Of a stretch of DNA of 64,000 bases, positions 37,116 to 47,508 are shown piece after piece. The DNA is taken from NCBI GenBank assembly GCA_016180645.1, contig JACPAV010000003.1, positions 186,001-250,000 of the forward strand, in the 5' to 3' direction. Made by a program: the position numbers and the translations under genes. The notes beneath the pieces are model-generated. The model was not told the DNA's origin. It did not search any database and saw only the letters and a program-made list of their open reading frames with translations. Position 1 is the stretch's first letter. Each line of letters begins with the position of its first letter. This DNA is from Nitrospirota bacterium. GTDB taxonomy: Bacteria; JACPQY01.

Positions 37116-37223
37116 GCAAGAACGGGACCAATCGAAGGCCCGGCCGCTCGCGGAATTTCTTGACTTTTTCGCTCCATAACTCGCTGACTGCCAATCTGAC
37201 GCGTCACCAGTGCCATTCTGTCA
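37116..37223 (-). promoter_or_regulatory. putative sigma54 promoter with tandem upstream activator sites for lon
   Basis: TGGTCCCGTTCTTGC (GG-N10-GC, 37116-37130); TGCCAATCTGACG and TGCCATTCTGTCA at 37189 and 37211 (22-bp spacing). Confidence 0.55.
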
Positions 37224-37232
37224 CCCAGCCCG

Positions 37233-38486
37233 TCAGGCGCTCTTCAGCTCGGTCTCGTAGATCAACATGGGGGCCACGCCCTTGAGGATGACATCCTCCC
37301 CCACAACACATTCCCGAACATTGGCGTGCGATGGGATATCGTACATCACATCCAGCATGACCTTTTCCAGGATGGCGCGCAACCCCCGCGCACCGCTCTT
37401 CCGCTTGATGGCTTCCCGCGCGATGGCGGCGATCGCTTCGTCCGTGAAGGACAGCTTGACCCGTTCGTATTCGAACAGCCGACGGTACTGTTTCACGAGC
37501 GCGTTTCGAGGCACCTGGAGGATGTCGACAAGCGCTTTCTCGTTGAGTTCATCCAGAGTGGCCACTACGGGCAACCGGCCGACGAATTCAGGAATCAGCC
37601 CGAACCTCAACAGATCGTCCGGCTCCACGTGTTGGAGGATTTCGCCGATGTTCATTTCCTTTCGGCTCCGCACCTCCGCGCCGAATCCAAGGCCCTTCTG
37701 ATTGATCCGCCGCATGATGAGATCTTCCAATCCTACGAAGGCGCCGCCGCAGATGAAGAGCACACCGGTGGTGTCCAACCGGATGAAATCCTGCTGGGGA
37801 TGTTTTCTGCCGCCGCGGGGAGGCACATTGGAGACCGTTCCTTCCAGAATCTTGAGAAGCGCCTGCTGCACGCCTTCGCCGGATACATCCCGGGTGATGG
37901 ACGGGTTGTCCCCCTTCCGCGCGATCTTGTCGATTTCATCGATGTAGACGATCCCCTTCTGGGCCTTCTCGATGTCGAAGTCCGCGTTGTGAAGCAGGGC
38001 AAAGAGAATGCTCTCCACGTCTTCGCCCACGTATCCCGCTTCCGTCAGCGTCGTCGCGTCGGCGATCGTGAACGGAACGTTGAGCACCTTGGCCAGCGTT
38101 TGTGCAAGGAGCGTCTTCCCCGAGCCGGTGGGACCGATGAGCATGATATTGCTCTTCTGAAGATCGACCTCGCCCGGATGTCCGTTCTTGGTGAAAATGC
38201 GCTTGTAGTGGTTGTAGACGGCCACGGCGAGCATCTTCTTGGCGCCTTCCTGTCCCACGACGTACTCGTCGAGAACCGCCTTCAGTTCGACCGGCGTCGG
38301 CAGATACCCGCGCCCGAAACGGCGGTCTTCCTTTTCGCCCTCCGCGATGATGTCGTTGCACAGCTCGACGCATTCGTCGCAGATGTACACGCTGGGGCCC
38401 GCGATGAGCTTGCGAACCTCGTTCTGGCTCTTCCCGCAGAAAGAGCAAACCAAGAGTCCCGACGATCCGGCGCTTTTGGTTGCCAT
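37233..38486 (-). CDS. clpX: ATP-dependent Clp protease ATP-binding subunit ClpX
   Basis: CSFCGK zinc finger, [25 protein letters not shown] loop. Confidence 0.98.
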   Translation of the reverse strand: MATKSAGSSGLLVCSFCGKSQNEVRKLIAGPSVYICDECVELCNDIIAEGEKEDRRFGRGYLPTPVELKAVLDEYVVGQEGAKKMLAVAVYNHYKRIFTKNGHPGEVDLQKSNIMLIGPTGSGKTLLAQTLAKVLNVPFTIADATTLTEAGYVGEDVESILFALLHNADFDIEKAQKGIVYIDEIDKIARKGDNPSITRDVSGEGVQQALLKILEGTVSNVPPRGGRKHPQQDFIRLDTTGVLFICGGAFVGLEDLIMRRINQKGLGFGAEVRSRKEMNIGEILQHVEPDDLLRFGLIPEFVGRLPVVATLDELNEKALVDILQVPRNALVKQYRRLFEYERVKLSFTDEAIAAIAREAIKRKSGARGLRAILEKVMLDVMYDIPSHANVRECVVGEDVILKGVAPMLIYETELKSA

Positions 38487-38487
38487 C

Positions 38488-39096
38488 TTATCTCCTTAGT
38501 TTACTCAAATGGCGTTTTTCCACCACTTCATCCACCAGCCCGTACTCCTTCGCCTCGCTCGCCGACATGAAGTAATCCCGGTCGGTATCCGTTTGAATCC
38601 GCTCCACCGGTTGTCCCGAGTGCTTCACCAAAATGTCATTCAGTCGTTCTCGAAGGCGCAGGATCTCCTTCGTTTGAATTTCAATGTCCTTGGCAAAGCC
38701 TGAAAATCCCCCCAGAGGTTGATGAATCAAGATCCTCGAATTGGGAAGCGCGAATCGTTTGCCTTTCGCACCGGCGCAGAGAAGGATCGCCCCCATGCTC
38801 GAAGCCTGGCCGATGCACACGGTGGCCACGCTGGGCTTGATGTATTGCATGGTGTCGTAGATCGCGAGACCGGCGGTCACCGATCCCCCGGGCGTGTTGA
38901 TGTAGACGAAGACGTCTTTGTCGGGGTCTTCCGATTCGAGGAAAAGAAGCTGGGCGATGACCAGGTTGGAAAGATCGTCGACCACGGCGTTGCCGATAAA
39001 GATGATCCTTTCTTTCAAGAGCCTGGAATAGATGTCAAACGCCCGCTCGCCGCGCGGGGTTTGTTCGACAACGATGGGAACAAGCATCTCGGACAT
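38488..39096 (-). CDS. clpP: Clp protease proteolytic subunit ClpP
   Basis: [38 protein letters not shown]. Confidence 0.98.
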   Translation of the reverse strand: MSEMLVPIVVEQTPRGERAFDIYSRLLKERIIFIGNAVVDDLSNLVIAQLLFLESEDPDKDVFVYINTPGGSVTAGLAIYDTMQYIKPSVATVCIGQASSMGAILLCAGAKGKRFALPNSRILIHQPLGGFSGFAKDIEIQTKEILRLRERLNDILVKHSGQPVERIQTDTDRDYFMSASEAKEYGLVDEVVEKRHLSKLRR

Positions 39097-39358
39097 CCTG
39101 ACGGTGCTACGTGGCGACCCGGCCCCGATCTGAATCAGTGGCCGGCAAAGGGGCTAGATCGCATGGACCGAACATCCCGCACCATTCGGTCGAAGGAAAT
39201 CCGCACCTCGATGCGCAGACTTTGTCAATCTTCCACTCATCGTCCCCGCAGCAAAGCGTAGGGGGCGATGGGTCTGGCGTCGTGCCCTCATTCCGTCTCT
39301 CCGATCCGTCCTTGTTTGCCCGTCCACTCCATCTTCCATGAGCGAAAAGGATGCCCTT

Positions 39359-40648
39359 TCACTCGGCCATTATAGCATGCGCCAGCATGAGTTCAAGGAT
39401 TTTCTCCTCCATGAGCGCCGCCGCGAGTTCCCTCGCCCGCCGATCGTCCTGATAGTAACGCTTGACCACTTCCAGATTGGATTGGGAAACGGCCGCAAGC
39501 CTCTGGAAGTGCGCCTCCACATCCTTCCGTTCCAACCGGAGGGCCTCCTTTTTGCCGATGAATTCCAACAGGAGCATGGCCGCGGCTTCCCGCCGGGCCG
39601 CGGTGTCGATTTCGTCCTCGCGCTCCTTCACCATCTGCTCCACCTGGGCCTGCTGGAGCCCGGAGAGGAGCATGTCGCGCGCCACATTCTGCGCAATGCG
39701 GGCCCGGTGCATGTCCAGCAGCGAGCGAGGAACGTCGACGGGATTCTTCTCCACCAGTCGAGTCGTCAGGTCCGATTTCATTTTCTGTCGTGCCCGGTCC
39801 TTCGCCCGTTCCAAGAGCCGCTCTTGAAGCTTGGCCTTCACGGGCTCCAAGCCCGTCTCGTTCAAATAGGACTGCGCAAATTCGTCGTTCAACTCCGGAA
39901 GCACTTTTTCCTTCAGCTCCTTGAGCTTGATGCGAAAATGCACCGATTTCCCGGCCACGGTCTTATCCCAGTGGTCCGCGGCAAAAGGCAGGTCGACCTC
40001 CCGCTCGTCGCCGCGATTCATGGTGACCAGTTCTTCCTCGAACCGTTTCTCGAAGAAGCCGGTGCCGACCTCCGCCTGGATGTCCTGCCCGGTGCCCCCT
40101 TTGAACGGCTTGCCATCGAGGCGCCCATCGAGGTCGATGACCACGATGTCCCCTGGCTTGGGCTTCCGGTTCTCCTCGATGACCTTCATCGTGTAGTGGG
40201 CCTTCCGGAGCCGGTCAAGTTCCTCATTCAGCTCGAAATCGGTCACTTTCGGTTCTTCCTTACGAACTTCAAGCCCTTTGTAGACCACGTCCGCAATCTG
40301 AGGTCGAATTTCAACTGAAACGTCAAAGGCGAACGCCTCACCGACCTTCAGGGCCGGTGGATCCGCCTTGGGGGGCGTGAAAGGATCGATCTTGTTCTCT
40401 TCCAGGATCGCCTTCGACACTTCGTTGACGAGGGCCCATCGGGCCTCCTCTCGAATGGCGTCCCCATAGTCGCGCTCCAAAAGATCCAAGGGAATTTTTC
40501 CCGGCCGGAACCCGGGGATCTTCAGCTCCGTTCGATAGCGCGCAAACTGTTGCTTGATCGCTTCATCCACTTTTCCGGGCGGCACCTGAATTCGGATGGT
40601 CTTCTCCGTCGCCGCCGGCGTCTCAATGGTGTATTCAAAGGAATTCAT
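39359..40648 (-). CDS. tig: trigger factor
   Basis: IPGFRPGKIP signature; FKBP-like middle domain; tig-clpP-clpX-lon synteny. Confidence 0.95.
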   Translation of the reverse strand: MNSFEYTIETPAATEKTIRIQVPPGKVDEAIKQQFARYRTELKIPGFRPGKIPLDLLERDYGDAIREEARWALVNEVSKAILEENKIDPFTPPKADPPALKVGEAFAFDVSVEIRPQIADVVYKGLEVRKEEPKVTDFELNEELDRLRKAHYTMKVIEENRKPKPGDIVVIDLDGRLDGKPFKGGTGQDIQAEVGTGFFEKRFEEELVTMNRGDEREVDLPFAADHWDKTVAGKSVHFRIKLKELKEKVLPELNDEFAQSYLNETGLEPVKAKLQERLLERAKDRARQKMKSDLTTRLVEKNPVDVPRSLLDMHRARIAQNVARDMLLSGLQQAQVEQMVKEREDEIDTAARREAAAMLLLEFIGKKEALRLERKDVEAHFQRLAAVSQSNLEVVKRYYQDDRRARELAAALMEEKILELMLAHAIMAE

Positions 40649-40715
40649 ACGCGCTCTCGTTCGCTTTTAATTACCAGAATAGTGGACTGAGTCAATGCCC
40701 CTTTCAAGCCCCGCA

Positions 40716-40796
40716 TGGGCGAGAGAGGACTTGAACCTCCACAGGTTTCCCTGCCAGCTCCTAAGGCTGGTGCGTCTGCCATTCCGCCACTCGCCC
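40716..40796 (-). tRNA. tRNA-Leu(TAG)
   Basis: GGGCGAG acceptor stem; CCAGC-CTTAGGA-GCTGG anticodon arm; long variable arm; GGTTCAAGTCC T arm; CCA not encoded. Confidence 0.95.
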
Positions 40797-40854
40797 AGGA
40801 TCAATCCGGACTGACGCGTGAGATCATCCGAACATCACGGGCGGATGACCCTGT

Positions 40855-40918
40855 GCCCTCCTTCGCCAAGCCTACGGAGGGCATCCTCCATAGCTCGCAT
40901 CCTGCGAGCGACGGAGGA
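40855..40918. repeat. palindromic repeat element between the tRNAs
   Basis: GCCCTCC-ttcgccaagcctac-GGAGGGC followed by CATCCTCC...GCTCGC-atcct-GCGAGC...GGAGGATG. Confidence 0.6.
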
Positions 40919-40991
40919 TGGAGCTGAGCGGATTTGAACCGCTGACCTGCCGCACGCCAAGCGGCCGCTCTCCCAACTGAGCTACAGCCCC
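40919..40991 (-). tRNA. tRNA-Ala(GGC)
   Basis: GGGGCTG...CAGCTCC-A with G3:U70; GCCGC-TTGGCGT-GCGGC anticodon arm; GGTTCAAATCC T arm. Confidence 0.95.
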
Positions 40992-40997
40992 GAATTC

Positions 40998-41124
40998 GTG
41001 AAGCGTGAACAGTGAAGAGTGATGTGATATCCCAATCCCCTCAGAAACAGTCCAACAGCTTCTTTCCCATCACTCATCACTCGTCACTCATCACTCTCCA
41101 CTCTTCACCCTTCACGCTTCACGC
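40998..41124. repeat. opposed heptamer repeat arrays
   Basis: gtgaagc-gtgaaca-gtgaaga-gtgatgt, then (catcact/cttcacg)n; same family as at 4941-5136. Confidence 0.75.
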
Positions 41125-41134
41125 TTGTACCATC

Positions 41135-42499
41135 CTACTTCCGTTCCTTCAAGTTGTGCTTCCGTACCTTGTAGTGGACCGTCTGCCGGGGAACACCGGC
41201 CGCTTCGGCGGCCTGGGTGATGTTGCCGCCGGATCGATCGAGGAGCCGCGTAAAATACTCGATTTCAAATCGGTCCTGCGCCTCATGCCAGGGCAGTCCG
41301 AAAATCTCCAGGAAGCCGGAAAGCGACATCTTCCCCGTAACCGTTTGGGGAAGAATCGTCTCATCCAGCTCGTCCTTCTCACAAAGGATAACCGCCCGCT
41401 CGATCGCATTCTCCAGTTCGCGCACATTCCCCGGCCACGGATGATCCAGGAGGCGTTTCATCGCGCTTTCGGTGAACCGGGTCACGCTCTTGCTCAATTT
41501 CTCCGAAAACTGCTTCAGAAAGTGGTGAGCCAGAATCGGAATGTCTTCAGGACGCTCGCGCAGGGGCGGCAGTTTCAGCTCGAAAACATTGAGCCGATAG
41601 TAGAGATCCTCGCGAAAGGTTCCCTCTTTGACCGCGGCTTTGAGATCCTGGTTCGTCGCCGCGAGGACCCGCACATCGACCATCACGCTGCTACTGCTGC
41701 CCACACGCTGGATCTGCCGTTCTTCCAACACCCGGAGCAGCTTGATTTGGAAGCCCAGCGACGTATTGCCGATCTCGTCCAGGAAGATCGTTCCACCTTG
41801 TGCCTCCTCGATCAGCCCCCGCCGGGTGCGCACGGCCCCCGTGAACGCCCCTTTCTCGTGGCCGAAAAGCTCGGAGCTGAGCAATGTCTCCGTAAGGGCC
41901 CCGCAATCCACCGCAACGAATTTCCCACTCCCGCGGAGGCTGTTGAAGTGGACAGTCTTGGCCAGCAGTTCCTTGCCCGTCCCGCTTTCCCCCACAATCA
42001 AGACGTTGGCTTCCGTAGGCGCGATCTTCGCCACGTTCTTATACAGCTCCTGCATCGGCTTGGATTTTCCCAGGAGGCCGTCGAACTGAAACCTCTGGGA
42101 TACGCTCTGCCGCAATTGCTCCAGATCACGCCGAAGTCGACCTTGAAGAAGGGCCCTCCTCAGACGCAACCCCACCTCGGAATCGCTCCTGAACGGCCGC
42201 GCGATGTAGTCGGCCGCACCCTGGCGCATCGCTTCCACGGCCTTCTCCGTCTCGTCGGGACCCGTTACGATCACCACGCCTCCATCGGTCTCGCGTTCCT
42301 GCAACTCCTTCATGACTTCCTGAAAGTCGGCGCCCTGCAATTGTGAATCGGCCAGATACAATTCGTACGGACCGCGATTGCGCATCAACTCATTCCAGTC
42401 CACGGCCTCGTCGCTTTCCACTTCTTCGGCTTTTAAGCTGCCGATCAGGAGAGACCGAAGAGTGGGATCGGAAACCGCCACCAACGCCCGGGTACTCAT
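41135..42499 (-). CDS. sigma54-dependent response regulator (NtrC/AtoC family)
   Basis: Receiver domain, GESGTGKE, SELFGHEKGAFTGA, WPGNVREL, C-terminal Fis-type HTH. Confidence 0.95.
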   Translation of the reverse strand: MSTRALVAVSDPTLRSLLIGSLKAEEVESDEAVDWNELMRNRGPYELYLADSQLQGADFQEVMKELQERETDGGVVIVTGPDETEKAVEAMRQGAADYIARPFRSDSEVGLRLRRALLQGRLRRDLEQLRQSVSQRFQFDGLLGKSKPMQELYKNVAKIAPTEANVLIVGESGTGKELLAKTVHFNSLRGSGKFVAVDCGALTETLLSSELFGHEKGAFTGAVRTRRGLIEEAQGGTIFLDEIGNTSLGFQIKLLRVLEERQIQRVGSSSSVMVDVRVLAATNQDLKAAVKEGTFREDLYYRLNVFELKLPPLRERPEDIPILAHHFLKQFSEKLSKSVTRFTESAMKRLLDHPWPGNVRELENAIERAVILCEKDELDETILPQTVTGKMSLSGFLEIFGLPWHEAQDRFEIEYFTRLLDRSGGNITQAAEAAGVPRQTVHYKVRKHNLKERK

Positions 42500-42558
42500 G
42501 ATTTCATTCTAGCACGGTTGAGGGAGAGCCCGGAATCGAGTCCGATTCGGAGTCACCT

Positions 42559-44760
42559 TCATGGCTCCTCACTGAGGGACCCCGCCTCGGTGGCCAAGCG
42601 GCGATATTCCCGTGCCCTTCTGCGGTTTCCCGTTTTCTCCTCCAATCTCGCCAGCGCATCATAGACACGGCCTTTTCGAGAGCCGGCCACCTCTAGGGCG
42701 GCAAGCAGTGCCTCCCGCGCAGAGGTCCAATCGCCCGCATCCGCCCTCAAACGTCCTTTCCACATCAGGTAGTAGCCGGAACGGGGAGACGGCTTCAACA
42801 TTTGGTCGACCCAGGCCTCGGCCGCCAGGGGCCGGCCGAGATGCGCGTACGCTTGGATCTGGTATCGGGCGACCTGAGATAAACGATCGGGATACAGATT
42901 GGTGAATTGAACGACCACGGGAGGGATTTTCCGCCATTCTCTCCTCTCCTGATAGAAACGGAGGAGTTCCTCCGGAAGCGAAGGAGAGGAGGGGTGGTGG
43001 CGCAGGGCCTCCAGGAGGTTGGACTCCGCCTCGGCCTGCCGCGAGGAGAATTCAGGCGTCTGCCAATATAGGCGGCCAAGCCACCAGTAGTTGCTGAACT
43101 CCTCGGGACCCCATCGGATGGCCCGCCGCGCTTCAACCTCGGCCATGTCCAAATGAAACTTCCGCTCTTCCGGACGGGGAGACAGTCGGGCGGCCTCGGA
43201 AGCATATCGGCTGAGCGACTGGCGCGCTTGGGCATTCCAAGGAAAGAAACGGAGCGCCCATTCCTGCAATGCGATGGCGCGCAGGATCCGCCCCCGGTCC
43301 GACTGCGAGCGGCCCATCTCGTATGCCCGATCTTCCAGTTGTTGTGAAATGAATTGAACCGAAAGAAGCACCACTGCCGCCAAGTAGCCGACGCAAAGAA
43401 CCAAGAGCCGTGTGCGGGTCAGCGGCCGTCCTCCCACCCGAAGTCGAATCCCCAGGAGCAGATGTTTCAGGCGGGACCCTTCCTCGCTCGCAACCCGATC
43501 TTCGGAATCTTGGGATCGGCCCAAGAATGCGCAGACTGCCACGTTCAAAGCTGAAACGTTGAGGATGGCGGGAACCACCAGGTTGAAATCGACCATGCTT
43601 TGCGCGAAGACGGACGCCAGGGCGCCGCCGGCGGAAGCCAGCAGAACACGATCCCCATCATGGCGGAGGCGGCTCCTCAGATGGAAAAGGTATGCATACA
43701 GAGCCCCGATCCAGCCCAGGAGAAGGAGCAACCCTGGGACGCCCGTTTCCTCCAAGGCCTGAAGGTAGTCGTTGTGAACAAAAAAATGGTGGAGCGATTT
43801 GAAGAGGGTGAGATCCTTCAAGCGTACATGGGTGAGATGGAATGTGGCCAGTCCCGACCCCCAGAACGGGTACTCGCGACAAGCCTTCCATGCGCTTTCC
43901 CAGATAAAAAGCCGGGTCACTCCGGAGCCTTGCGCCTCCCAGATCCGCTTCAAATGCTGGGCCAGCGGCAGTCCCGAAAACAGGATGGTGAGTGCTCCGG
44001 CGGCAACGGCAGCCAGCCCCGGTTTCCAAATCCGCCGCCAAAAGTGGGGAACTCCGTAGAGCAGGGCGAACACGGCCAGTCCGGCCGCAAGACCTATCCA
44101 TCCCCCAATGGATCCGGTGTAGATGGAAGCCACGAGGGCCGAGATGAGATAACCGATCCAAAGGATCTTCGTGGCACGAGCGCCGGTCGTCTCTTTTTCT
44201 CCCTGCGCGGGGGTCCGACCGCGCAGAAAGAATCCCAACGCGGAGAGAAAGCCCAGATTGACATAGGCCGCGAGGGTATTCGGCGTTATGAAGATGGAAT
44301 TGACCCTCCCGGTCAACTGCGTGAGCCCCATCGAATACTGGTAGAAACCGAAAACGACAAAGATAGCGGCGGACACTATGACGGTGCCCAGGAATCGGTC
44401 AAAGGTCTCCCGTGCCTGCCACAGCATGAAGGGGAGGGTCGCGCCCGCCGCGAAGACGATGAGTTTGGTTCCCTGGTAGACGGTAAGGTAGCGATTGATG
44501 CTGTAGGCAAACGTGGCACAGGACCAGGCCGCCCACGCCAGCAGGAGCCAGGAGTGGAGTGGGATCCGAATCCCCCTGGGTTCCCGTTCCGCGGCTATGG
44601 CCACCACCGCCATGGCCGCCAAGGTGGCCATCAGGATATTGAGGACCACGCTTTCCAGAAGACTACGCGACCCGAATTCGAACGGAGAAAGAAGCAGAAA
44701 GCAGGCGTAAACCCAGGCGCACCTCATCCGAAATCGAGAAGCAGGATCGGTGGTCACCAT
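42559..44760 (-). CDS. O-antigen ligase/O-oligosaccharyltransferase family protein with C-terminal TPRs
   Basis: Multiple TM segments; RLFIWESA...PFWGSGLATF; HNDYLQALEETGVPG; TPR-like tail. Confidence 0.85.
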   Translation of the reverse strand: MVTTDPASRFRMRCAWVYACFLLLSPFEFGSRSLLESVVLNILMATLAAMAVVAIAAEREPRGIRIPLHSWLLLAWAAWSCATFAYSINRYLTVYQGTKLIVFAAGATLPFMLWQARETFDRFLGTVIVSAAIFVVFGFYQYSMGLTQLTGRVNSIFITPNTLAAYVNLGFLSALGFFLRGRTPAQGEKETTGARATKILWIGYLISALVASIYTGSIGGWIGLAAGLAVFALLYGVPHFWRRIWKPGLAAVAAGALTILFSGLPLAQHLKRIWEAQGSGVTRLFIWESAWKACREYPFWGSGLATFHLTHVRLKDLTLFKSLHHFFVHNDYLQALEETGVPGLLLLLGWIGALYAYLFHLRSRLRHDGDRVLLASAGGALASVFAQSMVDFNLVVPAILNVSALNVAVCAFLGRSQDSEDRVASEEGSRLKHLLLGIRLRVGGRPLTRTRLLVLCVGYLAAVVLLSVQFISQQLEDRAYEMGRSQSDRGRILRAIALQEWALRFFPWNAQARQSLSRYASEAARLSPRPEERKFHLDMAEVEARRAIRWGPEEFSNYWWLGRLYWQTPEFSSRQAEAESNLLEALRHHPSSPSLPEELLRFYQERREWRKIPPVVVQFTNLYPDRLSQVARYQIQAYAHLGRPLAAEAWVDQMLKPSPRSGYYLMWKGRLRADAGDWTSAREALLAALEVAGSRKGRVYDALARLEEKTGNRRRAREYRRLATEAGSLSEEP

Positions 44761-44845
44761 GGGGCCGGCTCAACCATCCGGGAATCATACGGATGAAGGA
44801 GAGGGAGCCGCAAGCGGGATCGAGCGCCCCCGCGGCGCTGATACC

Positions 44846-44990
44846 GTAGGGGAGGGTCTTCAGACCCTCCCGTCGAGGGGGAGCATCTAAGAGCCTCTAA
44901 CAGAATGCCGATTCGTAGGGGAGCATCTTCAGATGCTCCCTCTTGTCGGGAGGGTCTGAAGACCCTCCCCTACGCATTCTGTTAGAGGCT
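44846..44990. mobile_element. composite REP cluster with a nested miniature inverted-repeat element
   Basis: GTAG-GGGAGGGTCTTCAGACCCTCCC, then perfect 17-bp inverted repeats AGCCTCTAACAGAATGC (44892-44908 / 44974-44990) enclosing a second REP doublet. Confidence 0.7.
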
Positions 44991-45393
44991 AGCGGATGGC
45001 GGGAAGGTCGGGGATCTCGTGACGCTTCTCGGCGATGATCGTTTTCCAGCCGTCGTACAGGGTGCTGAGCAGATTGACCACCTGATCGATGTGGCCGGTG
45101 GAATTCCTGATATTGGCCTCCGTGAGGTGCCGCGTCATGAAGAAGTAGAGACTTCGAAGGTTCTTGGCGATCTCGCCTCCAGCCTCCTCATTGATGGCCA
45201 TGTTGAGGGCCGAAATGATGCTGATGGCCTTCGTGAGGTGCTTCCCTTTCTCAGGGATGTTCTTCTGCTCCATTTTCTCCCGGGCCATCTTGAGGTGATT
45301 CACGGCGCCCTCGTACATCATCAGGATGAGTTGACCCTGCTGGGCCGTGTTTATGGAAGCTTGCCGGTAGGCCTTGACGGGATCAAATGGCAT
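44989..45393 (-). CDS. fliS: flagellin export chaperone FliS
   Basis: AYRQASINTA..GQLILMMYEGA, GGEIAKNLRSLY, LYDGW; downstream of fliD. Confidence 0.95.
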   Translation of the reverse strand: MPFDPVKAYRQASINTAQQGQLILMMYEGAVNHLKMAREKMEQKNIPEKGKHLTKAISIISALNMAINEEAGGEIAKNLRSLYFFMTRHLTEANIRNSTGHIDQVVNLLSTLYDGWKTIIAEKRHEIPDLPAIR

Positions 45394-45450
45394 TCACTCA
45401 CCTCCTTCGCCGATTATCCAAGCTTACCATCGGTTGGAAAGCTTTCAACT

Positions 45451-47286
45451 TTACTTGCCGGTTGCGATTCCGGACCGGGAGGCCAGGAAGTCTCCCTGCG
45501 ATTGGAAATTCGCCAGGGCCGATTCCAGCGCGGTGAATTTTTTCTGCAACCGCTCCTCGATTCCCGCGATGTAGTCCTCCTGGTCCTGCAATCTCTGATT
45601 GTAGAAGAAATTAAGGTCGCCCAGTTGATCCATTTCGCTCTGGAGGATGCCCGCCGCGGAGCCCGTCCCGTTGATGAGGTCCTTGAGAATGTCTTCAAGC
45701 CTGGAGCCGATGCCCGGCGAAGTGTTTTTCACGGTGGTAAATCCTGCGCCCGAGACCAAGCCCAAGGTCACTTCCGCCGATCCCGAGCTCAAGCTCTTGA
45801 CGTCTTCATCGTAGAGAATGTTGTCCCCGTAAAGCGCGAGCCGGACGGTGCCATCGGGCTGTTCGACCACTCTCGCATTGAGGATTCCCCGACCGTCCTC
45901 GTTGATGATGTCCCGTAGGGAGTTGAGCTGCGTCTGGTTGTCGCCGGCGGTCACCGTTCCGGACACGCTGATCGTAATGCCCTTGATGTTGAAACTCATG
46001 TTGACCGTTCCACCGCTGAGCGAAACATTGTTGGCTGTCTTCGTGAAATTGTCGGATGTGAATTTGTAACCGCGGAACAATTCTCCCACGTCGGCGAAGC
46101 TGGAGGCCATCCTGCTCTGGAGATCGGCGGTATCAAAGAGGAGCAGGCCGGTCCGGTCGAACTCCAGTCCCATGTCCGGGGCATTGCGATAGTTCTTCGG
46201 CTGTCCGATGACATCGAGGCCCAGAGCGCTGATCATGGAATCGCGCATTTGGCGGACGGCCGAGTCCGACTGAAGGATCCCGGCCGTCTGGGTCTCTTCG
46301 TCGAAAGTCGTCTGCTTTTTGACAAATGTCTGCACGTTGTTGACCGCGTCCACAAGCGACTGGATGTTGTTCTGGAGCGTGGCGGTGTCGTTGTTCACCG
46401 TGAGCGTAACCGTGCCCGAGCCGAACGTGCTGATAAACTCCAAACCCACACCCGGAATGAGGGTCGAGACGGAGTTGGTGTCAAATGAGAACGCCACATT
46501 GCCGACGGAGAGCGAAAGGTCGAGGTTGTCCTGAACGACGTTTGATTCCTCACTGTCGATCGTGAGAGCATCGCCGGCATAGCCGGTAGAGACGAGCCCC
46601 AGTGCCTTGAAGTCGGTCAACGCCGCGCTCCCCGAATTAAGCGAAAACGAGATGTCTCCGAGGGCTCCACGGCTATCGTCAACGGCATCCCCCCCGCCGA
46701 GAGTCGAGCCGGTGTTCTTGGCGACGATCATGAGCCGCGCATTGTCGGTGCCCGAATTGACAACAAAGGCGTTGACGATGTCGCCGGCGTCCTGATTGAT
46801 GTCCGTCGCCAATTGCGCCAGTTGGTCCTCAGGGTCGATGGTGGAGAAATCCACGGTGGACACCGACCGGGTGACGCCATTGGATTTGATTCCGAACGAC
46901 AAGGTGTTGTCGCTGATCGCTCCCCCACCCAGCGTGGTCATCGAGGCCAGAATTTCACCTTGGGCCAGCTTTCGAACCTGCGTAATGGGGTACGCTCCTG
47001 TGAGCGCGTTGGAGCCAACGGAGGAGATTCGGATCTTGTTCGTGTCGCTGCTGGTGGCCGTCTTGGGGCGGGCGCCGGAAACGGTGTTCAGTTTGGCCGC
47101 GGCGGATTTGACGGCGCCGATCAGAGAGTTGAATTCCCGGAGCTTGTCGATCCGCTCGATATTCTTCTGGATCGACCGCTCGATGGGCGCAATGCGTTGA
47201 TCCCGCTCGATCTGGATGAGCTGGGAAATGATCGAATTGAAATCGATGCCGGAGACGAGTCCGGTAACGGTGATTCTACCGCCCAA
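45451..47286 (-). CDS. fliD: flagellar filament cap protein FliD
   Basis: GLVSGIDFNSIISQL N-terminus; GILQSDS; C-terminal ERLQKKFTALESALANFQSQ. Confidence 0.93.
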   Translation of the reverse strand: MGGRITVTGLVSGIDFNSIISQLIQIERDQRIAPIERSIQKNIERIDKLREFNSLIGAVKSAAAKLNTVSGARPKTATSSDTNKIRISSVGSNALTGAYPITQVRKLAQGEILASMTTLGGGAISDNTLSFGIKSNGVTRSVSTVDFSTIDPEDQLAQLATDINQDAGDIVNAFVVNSGTDNARLMIVAKNTGSTLGGGDAVDDSRGALGDISFSLNSGSAALTDFKALGLVSTGYAGDALTIDSEESNVVQDNLDLSLSVGNVAFSFDTNSVSTLIPGVGLEFISTFGSGTVTLTVNNDTATLQNNIQSLVDAVNNVQTFVKKQTTFDEETQTAGILQSDSAVRQMRDSMISALGLDVIGQPKNYRNAPDMGLEFDRTGLLLFDTADLQSRMASSFADVGELFRGYKFTSDNFTKTANNVSLSGGTVNMSFNIKGITISVSGTVTAGDNQTQLNSLRDIINEDGRGILNARVVEQPDGTVRLALYGDNILYDEDVKSLSSGSAEVTLGLVSGAGFTTVKNTSPGIGSRLEDILKDLINGTGSAAGILQSEMDQLGDLNFFYNQRLQDQEDYIAGIEERLQKKFTALESALANFQSQGDFLASRSGIATGK

Positions 47287-47408
47287 TGCTTCCCCCAGTC
47301 CGGCGGAACTCGGAGATTCGGCCCGCGCCGGAATCGATTCTCTTCAAAACGTGTCCCTCCTTGGACATCATGGTGTCTACCCTGGAGCGCAACGCGCTCC
47401 TATCGACA

Positions 47409-47435
47409 TGATCGGCATCCCCCGGAAAAACTTAA
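47409..47435 (-). promoter_or_regulatory. sigma28 (FliA) promoter of fliD-fliS
   Basis: TTAA-N15-GCCGATCA. Confidence 0.8.
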
Positions 47436-47457
47436 GAAGACTTCCTAACTTGGGCGC

Positions 47458-47487
47458 CTCTCCCGCTCGCTTCCGCGAGCGGGAGAG
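47458..47487 (-). terminator. 13-bp hairpin downstream of flagellin 1 (terminator or REP-like)
   Basis: CTCTCCCGCTCGC-ttcc-GCGAGCGGGAGAG; no clear U tract. Confidence 0.5.
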
Positions 47488-47508
47488 ACAACCCGAAAGG
47501 ACTGCGGC

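Noticed and set aside
34632-37163. 843-aa plus-strand ORF and similar long antisense ORFs (e.g. 18518-20221, 37326-38570, 41012-42346, 7163-8725)
   Set aside because: They are shadows of well-supported genes on the opposite strand in a GC-rich genome and have no recognisable motifs.
39154-39339. 61-aa ORF between tig and clpP
   Set aside because: No motif, and it crosses a small hairpin repeat (~39238-39270); insufficient support for a gene.
40715-40927. 70-aa ORF MGERGLEPP...
   Set aside because: It is the translation of the antisense strand of the tRNA genes.
40716-41130. tRNA genes as an integration site for a genomic island
   Set aside because: No integrase, no duplicated tRNA 3' end in the window, and the flanks are housekeeping genes.
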